From a bacterium (GTDB lineage Bacteria; Zhuqueibacterota; Zhuqueibacteria; Zhuqueibacterales; Zhuqueibacteraceae): DNA of 33,553 nt. The position numbers and the translations under genes were made by a program. The notes under the pieces are model-generated. The model was not told the origin of the DNA. It made no database searches and was given only the letters and a program-made list of their open reading frames with translations. The stretch covers positions 1 to 33,553 of the forward strand of contig JBIOXB010000200.1 in assembly GCA_044869275.1 (NCBI GenBank), given 5' to 3'. Below are positions 17,495 through 26,608 of the stretch, in pieces. Numbering within the stretch: position 1 is the stretch's first letter; the number at the start of each line of letters is the position of its first letter.

Positions 17495-19657
17495 TCAGAC
17501 CGCGGCAAAGCCGTCGTGTACATTTTGCTTGTCGAGCAGGTGCGGCTTTTCCAATTCTTGCAGCCGCGCGGCCACGCTGCGCTGCACTCGGAAGCGGTGA
17601 TTGTTCGTAAAAAGCTTGATCTGTCCGGGCGTAGCCGCAACGGCTTGCGGTGGCAAATGCTGCGTTAAATGGGCAATGCGGCGGCGATAGTGCTCGCAAA
17701 TAAAATCTTCCAGGCGGTCAAACAGTGGGCGGCGCAAAAATCCTTCCAGTGCAACGCGCCACCGCGCCCGCGCCAGGGAGAGATCGCGAGTTTGAATCTC
17801 CTCGGTCAAGCGGCTTTCCATGTTGCTTTGCGGTAGATGACGCCCGCACCAGCCGTTCGCGCGAACAAACTGGCGAAAACTTTCGGCTCCGCTTTCAGGC
17901 TGCAAAAACGCAATCTGATGCGCCACGAAATCATCCTGATCTGCGCACAACAAGTGCTCGGTGTCCACCAGACAATTCAAACACAAGCGCCGGCGCTTGC
18001 CGGCCAGTTTCAGCAAGATGGCCAAGCCGGTATAAACCGTCCACAACCGGCCCTTTTCAACGATGAGGAACAGATCGATATCATCGCTGCGTGTGCAATT
18101 TTGAAACGCCATGGCACCGGAGAGGGCGGCGCAACGCACGAATGGAAAGCTCCTCACCAGGCGCAACCACCTCCGGTTTTTCTGCAGCAATGCCTGGCTC
18201 CACTCGCGCCGTTGTTGGCGCAGCGCCACGATCGGTGCGCGGCCCGCCAAAAAGTAATGCCCTTCCGCTTTCATGATCTCGCCGCCGTCTTCCAGCCCGC
18301 GCAGAGCCTGGCGGACCTCCGCGTACACAGCCTGGACGCCGAACAAACCGTAGTGAATTTCACTGCAAGTCAACGGATAATCGAATAAATCTGCATACGC
18401 CAGTGTGCGCCGCACCGCGTGCAGCAATTCGGCCGAAGCGCCACCGGCCACCAGGGTCGCGCGGAATTCAGAATTCGGCGACGCCGCCGAGGTCCCGCCG
18501 GTTTTGGCGTGATACGGCGTGCGGCGGGCGTGGCTCTCGTAGATTTCGCAAAGCTGTTCCGCGGTCCTTCGCCAGGAGAATGCGCGTGCGCGTGCGCGTG
18601 CATAGGCGCTCAACTCGCGCCGCAGTTTTTGATCGCACAACAAGTGTTCCATCTTGTGCGCCCAAGCCGCCGGCGTCTCTTCACACAGCAAGGCAGGATG
18701 CGCCGCCAATTCCCGCAGTGAAGAATTATCCGCGGCCAGTGCCGCCACACCGCCCGCCATGGCCTCCAGCAGCGGAAATCCGAAGCCTTCATAATATGAA
18801 GGTAACGCGAAGAGCGCTGCGCCTTGATACAACGCCGGTAAATCTTCTTCCGGCACATAACCCAGAATACGCACGCGTTGTTGCAGACCGAGTTGTGCGA
18901 TGGTGGCGCGCACTTCCGCACTGCCGTTGTCAGGTTGCCCGGCCAGAGCAAGCATGCAATTATCATGGCCGCGCTGGCCGAGAATGTGAAGGGCACGCAC
19001 GAGCAAATTCAAATTTTTGCGCTTTTCGAAAGTGCCGACGAAAAGCAAGTAGGGTGCGTCGAGGTGATGCGCCTGGAGCACGCGCGCAATCTGCTCGGCA
19101 GAAAGCGAGGTGAAAAATTTTTCATCAACACCCGAAGGAATCACGGCCACCGGCGGTTGGGCGCTGCCGTTTTTGCGCTGCGCCAGCAACCTCTTCAAGT
19201 CGCCGCCCGTGGCTTCGGACACCGCGACCAGGTGCCGGGCCGTATGCAATGCCCGCGTGATCGCCTGGCGAAAATAAACGCGTTTGCCCCAGGCATAAAA
19301 ATGCGGATACAGAATGACGCCCAGGTCGTGAAACGTGGCGACCGTCGCCAGACTTCGTGTAAAGGCCGGCAGCGTGTAGTGCATGCCGTGCCAAACCTCG
19401 AGTTTGAGTTGGCGCGCATGCTGGCCCGCGGCAAAATGCTGCCACGCCAGGCGCAGCGGCCGCGAAAAATTGGGCAGCGGCACCAATTGCATGTTTGCCG
19501 GCAGACGCTCAAACTTGCCGGCATGTTGTGCTTTGATAAAAATAAAATACTCGTTGTGTCCATCGACGCTGGCCAAGCCCCGCACCACACCGTGAATGTA
19601 ACGGCCCGCGCCGGCCAAAGCTGAAGGCAGACAAGTCGCGTCAATTCCTATGCGCAC
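17495..19657 (-). CDS. Fusion: GT4 glycosyltransferase + nucleotidyltransferase-like (Pol-beta fold) domain
   Basis: GTG start after GAGG (VRIGID). GT4 motifs EKRKN and EGFGFPLLEAMA. C-terminal YADLFDYPLT..EI and LSGAMAFQNCTRSDDIDLFLIV (hG[S/A]-x-DxD). Confidence 0.82.
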   Translation of the reverse strand: MRIGIDATCLPSALAGAGRYIHGVVRGLASVDGHNEYFIFIKAQHAGKFERLPANMQLVPLPNFSRPLRLAWQHFAAGQHARQLKLEVWHGMHYTLPAFTRSLATVATFHDLGVILYPHFYAWGKRVYFRQAITRALHTARHLVAVSEATGGDLKRLLAQRKNGSAQPPVAVIPSGVDEKFFTSLSAEQIARVLQAHHLDAPYLLFVGTFEKRKNLNLLVRALHILGQRGHDNCMLALAGQPDNGSAEVRATIAQLGLQQRVRILGYVPEEDLPALYQGAALFALPSYYEGFGFPLLEAMAGGVAALAADNSSLRELAAHPALLCEETPAAWAHKMEHLLCDQKLRRELSAYARARARAFSWRRTAEQLCEIYESHARRTPYHAKTGGTSAASPNSEFRATLVAGGASAELLHAVRRTLAYADLFDYPLTCSEIHYGLFGVQAVYAEVRQALRGLEDGGEIMKAEGHYFLAGRAPIVALRQQRREWSQALLQKNRRWLRLVRSFPFVRCAALSGAMAFQNCTRSDDIDLFLIVEKGRLWTVYTGLAILLKLAGKRRRLCLNCLVDTEHLLCADQDDFVAHQIAFLQPESGAESFRQFVRANGWCGRHLPQSNMESRLTEEIQTRDLSLARARWRVALEGFLRRPLFDRLEDFICEHYRRRIAHLTQHLPPQAVAATPGQIKLFTNNHRFRVQRSVAARLQELEKPHLLDKQNVHDGFAAV

Positions 19658-19720
19658 GTTTTCCTCGCACAACTGGATAAGTTGCAAGGCAGATTGAAAT
19701 GCGAATGCTCATGCAAAAGA

Positions 19721-20812
19721 TCATAAAAACAAAGCCGCTTCAGCGACAACACCAGGGCCGAAGGCGAGCGCGACACAAGGTGTTTCCGCACCGCGCGCCT
19801 GCAATTCCTGAAGGATGAACAAAACCGTCGGCGAAGACATGTTGCCGTGCTCGCGCAACACCGCGCGCGAGACTGCCAATGCTTGATCGTTTAACGCCAG
19901 GCTGCGCCCCACCGCACCAATGATGCGCGGCCCACCGGGATGAATCGCCCAGCTCTTGATGTCGTTCATCTGCAAATGATTTTGCGCGAGCCAGTCGGCG
20001 AGCCACACGCGCAGATGGGCGTCGATCAATTCGGGCAGCGTGGGCGACAGCGTCATGCCGAAGGCCTGGTCCCCGATGCGCCAGGTCATCGCCTGGCCGG
20101 ATTGGGGAATGACGAACGAGCCACAATCCGCCACTTGCCAGTGCTGCTTCTGGCGCTGGCGGCCGGGCTGGGCGACCACCGCGGCCGCACCGTCGGCAAA
20201 CAAAGCGTTGGAGACAATTTGTTCCGGATGCCAGCCGTATTGATAATGCAGGCTGCACAACTCCACACAGCAGATCAAAATCGTCGCGCTGGCATCTCGA
20301 TGCGCGAACGCCAGAGCCGTGCGCAAGCCATTGATGGCGCCGTGGCATCCCATGAAGCCGATGTGCGTGCGTGCGACGCTGGGCACCAGCGACAAATCGC
20401 GAATCAGGGCGTAATCGACGCCCGGCGCAAAAAAGCCCGTGCACGACACCGTGATCACATGCGTGATCTCTCTGCGCGCAATGCCCGCGTGGTCCACGGC
20501 CTTCTGTGCCGCCGCCAGTGCGAGCTTCGGCGCTTCTTCTTCATAGCGCTGCATGCGTATGCCCATGCCCGGCCCGCGATCCTCGGGGCTGCGCATGGGC
20601 GGATAAAAAGATTGATGGATAACGCCTTGCGCATCTTGCTCCAGGATCACGCTGCCGCGCCGCGCGATGCCGCTCATGCGATACAAGCGATGAAAAACGC
20701 GTCGCTGCTCGTCCGTGGTGCAGGTGTAGGATTCTGCGAGCACGGCGGCGCGCTCGTGCGGAATGGCAAGCTCAGGCGAAGCTGTGCCGATGCTGAGGAG
20801 ACTGAGGCTCAA
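19721..20812 (-). CDS. Type III polyketide synthase (chalcone synthase-like)
   Basis: Catalytic triad motifs GFMGCHG (Cys), IHPGG (His) and GNMSS (Asn); also VELCSLH, ALFADGAAA, AFGPG. Confidence 0.95.
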   Translation of the reverse strand: MSLSLLSIGTASPELAIPHERAAVLAESYTCTTDEQRRVFHRLYRMSGIARRGSVILEQDAQGVIHQSFYPPMRSPEDRGPGMGIRMQRYEEEAPKLALAAAQKAVDHAGIARREITHVITVSCTGFFAPGVDYALIRDLSLVPSVARTHIGFMGCHGAINGLRTALAFAHRDASATILICCVELCSLHYQYGWHPEQIVSNALFADGAAAVVAQPGRQRQKQHWQVADCGSFVIPQSGQAMTWRIGDQAFGMTLSPTLPELIDAHLRVWLADWLAQNHLQMNDIKSWAIHPGGPRIIGAVGRSLALNDQALAVSRAVLREHGNMSSPTVLFILQELQARGAETPCVALAFGPGVVAEAALFL

Positions 20813-22017
20813 ATTGGGCTCGTGATTGCGGCGCTGCGCAAGGCAGCCGGTTCTTTGCTTCCCGGTTCCAGATGCAGAAAATTTACCAGCGGTTCCAATG
20901 GCAACCAGTGTTTTTCCACCAGACGGAAGATGGTTTCAATCAAAGCGGGATGGCGCAAGGCGCGCGCAATCACGCGGCAAAGCGTTTGGCGCCGGCCAAC
21001 CGTTTGGCGATAGACGCGCGTCCATTCGACTTCGAGCTGTGGCGACCAATGCGCCACGCCGCGCAGCGCCAACGGGATGAGCGCTGCGGCAGAATGCATC
21101 GCCCAGGCGAGGCCTTCGCCGGTAAAAGGCTCGACGTAACCCGTGGCATCACCGAGCGCAAAAAAACGGCGGTCACTCATTTTTGCCGGGCGCCGCGTCA
21201 GCTCGGGCGTGCCTTTCCACGGCAGATCGTGCAAATCTGTGGGAGCCGGTAGTCCGGCTTCGCGCAGCACCTCTCCCGCAGCTTGAGCCAGCGTTCCGGC
21301 TTTCTTGACAAAACTTTTGGCGAACGCTGCGGCGATCGCGAGTCGTTCGTTTTCCACGCGCACCAAACCGACATAGCCGAAACGACTATACGCCATGTAA
21401 ATCGTTCCGGGTTGATAAAAGGAAGGCGGTGCGGCGGTCATCGCGCCGGCGCCAAGATAGGAATCCGGCTCCGGCGGCGCCGCCAGCTCCGGAGCATTTC
21501 GGCGTAATGTTCCGGCCAGGCCATCTGCGCCAATGACTACTTTCGCGCGAATTTCGTATTCGTCATACCGCTGCTGCAGTAATACCCGTCGCTGCCTGTC
21601 GCCCGCGCCTCCCAGAACCGCCTGGCATTCCGGCAAGAAAAAAGCGCCGGCTGTGATTGCAGCCTGGACCAAAGCCGCATCAAAAGCAGTGCGCGAAACC
21701 GCTCTTCCCATGGGAAGGGCGAGGCTCACACGATGGTTTTGATGCGCAAGCGTAAAGCTGTGCAGATGTTTTGCTCCGGCTTGATCGAACAAGTGTCCCA
21801 ATCCGCACGCCTGCAATGCCGCCACCGCCCGCGCGCTGAAACAACAACCACAAACTTTGTACCGCGGAAAGCGCTGCTTTTCAATCAGAAGAACTTGCAG
21901 GCCGGAAGCCGCGAGCTGACGCGCCGCGAATGCACCTGCTGGGCCCGCGCCCACGACGGCGGCATCCCAGATTCGGTTAACGGTGCTTGCGGCGGCAATC
22001 GTTCCGGCAAGGGTCAT
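20809..22017 (-). CDS. FAD-dependent oxidoreductase (monooxygenase / geranylgeranyl-reductase-like)
   Basis: VVGAGPAG, FPRYKVCG, GADG, GDATGYVEPFTGEG. ATG 22017 overlaps the methyltransferase stop (ATGA). Confidence 0.9.
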   Translation of the reverse strand: MTLAGTIAAASTVNRIWDAAVVGAGPAGAFAARQLAASGLQVLLIEKQRFPRYKVCGCCFSARAVAALQACGLGHLFDQAGAKHLHSFTLAHQNHRVSLALPMGRAVSRTAFDAALVQAAITAGAFFLPECQAVLGGAGDRQRRVLLQQRYDEYEIRAKVVIGADGLAGTLRRNAPELAAPPEPDSYLGAGAMTAAPPSFYQPGTIYMAYSRFGYVGLVRVENERLAIAAAFAKSFVKKAGTLAQAAGEVLREAGLPAPTDLHDLPWKGTPELTRRPAKMSDRRFFALGDATGYVEPFTGEGLAWAMHSAAALIPLALRGVAHWSPQLEVEWTRVYRQTVGRRQTLCRVIARALRHPALIETIFRLVEKHWLPLEPLVNFLHLEPGSKEPAALRSAAITSPI

Positions 22018-22718
22018 GGCTTTTCCCAGCACAACATCATGCGCGCGGGCAAGTGCGTGCATATCGAAAAATTCTTCAATCCCGCAGTTTCTGCGAGAGC
22101 GGCAAGCTCGGCCGCCGTAAAGGCGTTTTTCATGGAAAGCACGGCGTCCGCATGCACGATCGGCGAACGGGACAGGAGCCGGCTGCCGATCAGGACCAGC
22201 ACGTAGTTGAACATGCTGCGTTTCAGATCATTCACCAGCACCAGATGTTGCGCCGCCTCCGACATGCGGCTGAGCAAAGTGATCGCGTCACGTTCCTGCA
22301 AATGATGCAGAAACAGGGAACACATCACGACGTCATATCCTGCGGGCAATGGCTCGTTGAGCACGTCTTGGGCGAAAAACTCGATGGCGAGTCCGGCGGT
22401 GATGGCGCGGCGGCGTGCATATTCCAAAGAACGGGCATTACGGTCGCAGGCATGCATGCTCAAAGCAAGTCCGCCATTTGCGGCTTTCTTCATGAGCGCC
22501 AACGCAATGTCGCCGCCGCCACAAGCCAGATCCAAGACCCGGAGGCCTCGGAGCGATTGCGATCTTGCCAGCCTCGCGATCTCCGCCCACAAAATGCCCG
22601 CACCGCGGCTGATGCAATTCAAACGCTGCAAACCGTCCAGCGCGTTGCGCACTTCGATTTCATTCAGGCCGGGATCGTCCAGCAGCTCGGCCTGCCACTC
22701 GCGTTCGCGCAACCACAT
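22014..22718 (-). CDS. Class I SAM-dependent methyltransferase
   Basis: ELLDDP N-terminus, VLDLACGGGD, SLFLHH, NDLKRS. Confidence 0.9.
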   Translation of the reverse strand: MWLREREWQAELLDDPGLNEIEVRNALDGLQRLNCISRGAGILWAEIARLARSQSLRGLRVLDLACGGGDIALALMKKAANGGLALSMHACDRNARSLEYARRRAITAGLAIEFFAQDVLNEPLPAGYDVVMCSLFLHHLQERDAITLLSRMSEAAQHLVLVNDLKRSMFNYVLVLIGSRLLSRSPIVHADAVLSMKNAFTAAELAALAETAGLKNFSICTHLPARMMLCWEKP

Positions 22719-23354
22719 GGCCGATCACGCCGATAGGCGAAACGAGAGCATGGAAAAGCCGGAGGGTTGAATTGGAGTTAAAGCGACTAAACCACGGGCG
22801 CCGCTTTTAAACTGGCGGGTCAAAACGGCCCATACCGTCCCTGGCGCGAATACTTTTCCTGGGCTCGAATTCGGTGATGCGGTCATATCAATGATCAACG
22901 GGCTTGACTTCCTGAAAGCACAAAAGTGCGCGGCGGCGCGATGCGGCTCTTGGGCAGGCTCCAGTGTCGAAGAATTTTTCATGCGCGTGAATATGTTTAC
23001 ATTCGCCCAAAAATGCAAGGGAATTTTCCGGCGCCCGATCTGTTATCATGTTCATAAGCGAAGACCGTGCCAGCGCGGAGCGCAGCGGATTGTTCTGATA
23101 ATTCGGCAATTAGCTTTCGGGCCAGGCATTTTGTGTTACAGCGTTGGTTATTTGCCACCAAGCCTGTAAGAGGAATTGCATTTTTTGATTTGCGACCTCG
23201 ACCCGGCGCACGTTTCCCAGTGAAAATCTAACTGGCAATAGTGGCGATTTCGACATAAATTATTTTGTGGCAAGCAGGGCAAAACTCTCGTATCCACGCC
23301 TTTGCCGCCAAGACGCGTGTTAGTCCAAATACATGCCTCGTGAAAAACCGATCC

Positions 23355-24968
23355 ATGCCAAAACGATTTACGTTCTTGCTTTTGTTCCTCGGCGCCTTGT
23401 CATTCGCGCTTTATGCCGCGCTCGCACGAATGCCTCACACGCTCGCGCACGGCGCGGCGCCCGGACAAGCCTTTTCATTTGCGGCGCTGCTCGGCGCTTT
23501 GTTTGTACTTCTTTTGCTGGTGATTTTCGCGTTGAAATATTTCACTCCTGCGGCGCGAACAACCGCAACGGAGGCAATAATCATCTTTGGGTTTGCATTG
23601 GCTTTTCGCTTCGCCTTGCTGCCGCATTCGCCGTGGCTTTCGAATGACATTTATCGTTATTTGTGGGACGCTCACCTCTTGCAGAATGGTGTGAATCCCT
23701 ATTTACACCCCCCTGAAGCGCCTGAGCTCGAGGCGTGGAAAACCGATGAAATTTATCCGTCTTTGAGCCATAAACACGTGCCCACGGTTTATCCGCCGCT
23801 GCTGCAAATTCTTTTTTGGCTGGGGAAGAGTGCCGGTGAATACGCAGGAGTGGGCGGCATGTTCGGCCTCAAACTTGTCTTCGTGTTGATTGACGTTTTG
23901 CTGGTGGCGGCACTTTTCAGAATTCTGCCACGCCTTCACCTCGACGCGCGCTGGGCGATTCTTTATGCCTGGCATCCGCTGCCGATCATTGAAATCGCCG
24001 GCAACGGCCACAGCGACGGAGTGGGCGTGTTCTTCATGTTGTGGGCGATCGCCGCGCTGCAAAACAATCGCGTTTATCGCGGCGCGATACTTTTGGCGCT
24101 GGCGTTTATTGTCAAGTTTCTCAGCATTCTGCTCCTGCCGTTTTTGTTTTTGCTCGAAAACCAGCGCAAAAAAACCTGGCTGGCGGTAGCCCTCTTCGCG
24201 GTTATCGTGTGCGGGAGCTATTTGCCTTTTCTGGCCGCAGGCAAGAATCTCTTCTCCGGTTTGCTGATTTATTCTGCCAAATGGCGGTTCAACGACGGAC
24301 TTTTTTCACTACTCTACACTCCTATTCATGCGCTTCTGCCAGACGCAGTGGTCACTTTTCTGATGGTGCCGCGGGAATGGGTTATCACCACGGAAGTATT
24401 AACGACGCGACGCACGGATTTGGCATTGCTGATTACGAAAACTGCAATGGCATTGCTCTTTTTGTGCCTGTATGCTTATGTCTGGCTGCGCTCGCGCCAA
24501 AGGGTGGGATTGGGCCGTGCGCTGCCCTGGGCGAACCTCACACTTCTTCTATTTGCCGCATTCTTACTGCTTTCTCCCACGCTGCACCCTTGGTATTTAT
24601 TGTGGGTTCTGCCGCTGCTGAGTTTGACCCTTCCGTCTTCCTGGCATGCTCTTCCTCAAGTTATGAGCAAAAGCCCTGTTGCGCCGGCGGCGGCTGAGCC
24701 GGGGGTCCTACCGCAAGCTTGTGTCGAGCAGCTCTGGCTGTTTCTAGTGATCTTGACCGGCACGGTGTTCTTTTCGTATTGGGTCTTGACAGGTTTTTCT
24801 CGTACCGGCGTTTGGCGGGAACAAAATTGGATCAAGGGGGTGGAGTTCGGCGTGCCCCTGCTGCTCGCCTGGCTTTGTGCGAAGAGCATGGCCCGACGGA
24901 CGCCTGATCCCCCCCAATCCCGCCCCGGAGCCGCTGCTGTGAGCTTTGTCGCTGCCCATAAAATTTAA
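23355..24968 (+). CDS. GT-C fold integral-membrane glycosyltransferase (GT87/DUF2029-like)
   Basis: Many TM helices; motifs SNDIYRYLWD, NPY..PP, TVYPP, AWHPL...E..GNGH.D and HPWY. Start set at ATG 23355. Confidence 0.8.
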   Translation: MPKRFTFLLLFLGALSFALYAALARMPHTLAHGAAPGQAFSFAALLGALFVLLLLVIFALKYFTPAARTTATEAIIIFGFALAFRFALLPHSPWLSNDIYRYLWDAHLLQNGVNPYLHPPEAPELEAWKTDEIYPSLSHKHVPTVYPPLLQILFWLGKSAGEYAGVGGMFGLKLVFVLIDVLLVAALFRILPRLHLDARWAILYAWHPLPIIEIAGNGHSDGVGVFFMLWAIAALQNNRVYRGAILLALAFIVKFLSILLLPFLFLLENQRKKTWLAVALFAVIVCGSYLPFLAAGKNLFSGLLIYSAKWRFNDGLFSLLYTPIHALLPDAVVTFLMVPREWVITTEVLTTRRTDLALLITKTAMALLFLCLYAYVWLRSRQRVGLGRALPWANLTLLLFAAFLLLSPTLHPWYLLWVLPLLSLTLPSSWHALPQVMSKSPVAPAAAEPGVLPQACVEQLWLFLVILTGTVFFSYWVLTGFSRTGVWREQNWIKGVEFGVPLLLAWLCAKSMARRTPDPPQSRPGAAAVSFVAAHKI

Positions 24969-25000
24969 AACCCATTCCGGCATGCCGGAACGGGTTTTTT
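24967..25000. terminator. Bidirectional intrinsic terminator
   Basis: AAAACCC-A-TTCCGGCATGCCGGAA-C-GGGTTTTTT between convergent genes. Confidence 0.8.
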
Positions 25001-25021
25001 AATTTGCAAAAAAACCAGAGA

Positions 25022-25858
25022 TTATCCGAGATACTTGCGCAGCGGCTCGAGGCGCGAGCGGTGGCGCAGGCGCCGGAGCGCTTTTTCCTTGATCTGGCGC
25101 ACACGTTCGCGCGTCAGCTTGAAATGCTCGCCGATCTCTTCCAGCGTCAGCGGGCGGTCGCCATCCAGGCCGAAATACAACCGGATGATTTCCGCTTCGC
25201 GCGCTTTGAGCGTGGACAGGACCTTGTCAATCTCCACTTGCAAAGACTCTTGCATGAGATTGTCATCCGGCGGAGCGTAGCGATCGCTCTCCAGCACGTC
25301 GAGCAGGCTGTTGCCTTCTTCTTCCTTGAACGGCTCATCGAGCGACAGATGCCGCGCCGAAGTCTTCATGACATCGGCGACTTCGAAGGCCGTCAATTCC
25401 ATTTTGTCGGCAATCTCTTCCATGCTGGGCTCGCGGCCGAATCTCTTTTCCAGCTCTTCCAGAGCACGGCCGACTTTATTGATGGCGCCCACGCGATTGA
25501 GCGGCAAACGCACCACACGGCTTTGCTCGGCCAAGGCCTGCAAAATCGACTGACGAATCCACCACACGGCGTAAGAAATGAACTTGAATCCGCGCGTTTC
25601 ATCGAAACGTTGCGCGGCTTTAATCAAGCCGAGGTTGCCTTCGCTAATCAAATCTTGCAGCGGAAGTCCCTGCCCTTGATATTCCTTCGCAACACTGATC
25701 ACGAAGCGCAAATTGGCCTTGACCAGTTTATCGAGCGCGAGCGAATCGTTCTTGCGAATCTTGCGCGCGAGCTCGACTTCTTGTTCCGGAGGCAAGGGCG
25801 AATACCCGCCGATCTCCTCGAGATATTTTTCAATAGATTGTTTGGTACGATTTTCCAT
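25022..25858 (-). CDS. RNA polymerase sigma-70 factor, RpoD/SigA family, short form without region 1.1
   Basis: [42 protein letters not shown], and region 4 TLEEIG...LTRERVRQI. Confidence 0.95.
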   Translation of the reverse strand: MENRTKQSIEKYLEEIGGYSPLPPEQEVELARKIRKNDSLALDKLVKANLRFVISVAKEYQGQGLPLQDLISEGNLGLIKAAQRFDETRGFKFISYAVWWIRQSILQALAEQSRVVRLPLNRVGAINKVGRALEELEKRFGREPSMEEIADKMELTAFEVADVMKTSARHLSLDEPFKEEEGNSLLDVLESDRYAPPDDNLMQESLQVEIDKVLSTLKAREAEIIRLYFGLDGDRPLTLEEIGEHFKLTRERVRQIKEKALRRLRHRSRLEPLRKYLG

Positions 25859-25924
25859 GACTACCTAACTTGGCTTCAAGCCAAACGATAAAGAGTCCGA
25901 TGTTGTTCCACTGGCCAAAAGCTT

Positions 25925-25940
25925 AGCAAATCTCAAGCCA
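25925..25940 (-). promoter_or_regulatory. Putative sigma54 (-24/-12) promoter upstream of the sigma-70 gene
   Basis: TGGCTTGAGATTTGCT with exact GG-N10-GC spacing, ~67 nt upstream of the ATG. Confidence 0.45.
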
Positions 25941-26026
25941 TTTTGCCCGGGGATTGGAATTATTCTGTTCCCGTTTTTGGCTTTTTCAGCTTTGCCAAAC
26001 TCTGGAGGTGAAGTTGTTAAAGGCGC

Positions 26027-26221
26027 TCAAAATTCATGAGCTTGCTGTCTGTGCGTCCTGCGAATGGCCTTTTCTTTTCTGATGCGTCTCCTTTGGCTTG
26101 GTTTTATATAGTAGGTTGATCTTTTAAAGTCGCGAAGTACACCGGCACGATCACATTTTCGTTTGAATCGCATAATTGCCCGGTCGAGCGCTTCCCGTTC
26201 TCCAACGATAACTCTGACCAT
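26027..26221 (-). CDS. rpsU: 30S ribosomal protein S21
   Basis: V.V...E.LDRA..RFKRK....G.L......YY.KPS..RR pattern; AAAGGA RBS. Confidence 0.92.
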   Translation of the reverse strand: MVRVIVGEREALDRAIMRFKRKCDRAGVLRDFKRSTYYIKPSQRRRIRKEKAIRRTHRQQAHEF

Positions 26222-26547
26222 AGAACATCCTTTCTCCCAAAAGATCTCGGGAATACTTTTATTCTGAGGAGATCAAATTCACACGGCTACAGAATTTAAA
26301 TTCTATACTGTAGCACTCAGGAGAAAGTTCCAAACCCAGCAGAAATATAAAATTGCGTTGGGATGAAAATTCTTACTAACGGAGATACCATCAAATCCAA
26401 ATAGCTGCTGACGGCCCATTGAGGAGGCTGCGATACATTCTGCAACAAGCACACTTTGCTTGACGTGGCAAGAGGCGCGCCAAACGACATATAAATTCAT
26501 AAAAAAACTAAACTTTACATGCCTCTCACACGAAGAAAGCAGACACG

Positions 26548-26576
26548 AATATAAGTTACCAACAGTTATTTGTCAA
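26548..26576 (-). promoter_or_regulatory. Near-consensus sigma70 promoter upstream of rpsU
   Basis: TTGACA-17 nt-TATATT with an AT-rich UP-like tract upstream (about 26587-26609). Confidence 0.7.
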
Positions 26577-26608
26577 GAGAAGTGACAAAAATTTATTTTA
26601 ATATATTT

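Noticed and set aside
17331..17699. N-terminal extension of the 560-aa barrel ORF
   Set aside because: It overlaps the upstream GT gene; the RBS and signal peptide support ATG 17330.
18581..18601. (GCGCGT)n hexamer repeat
   Set aside because: Only ~3 in-frame units encoding ARARAR in a GT helix; too short to imply phase variation.
22719..23354. Short ORFs in the divergent intergenic region as possible RiPP precursors for the SPASM enzymes
   Set aside because: No good RBS, no leader/core pattern, and no RRE/PqqD domain, peptidase or transporter in the cluster. A precursor elsewhere cannot be excluded.
26303..26500. 65-aa ORF starting MNLYV, reminiscent of RRM proteins
   Set aside because: No RNP1/RNP2 motifs beyond the first residues, no RBS (poly-T upstream), atypical composition.
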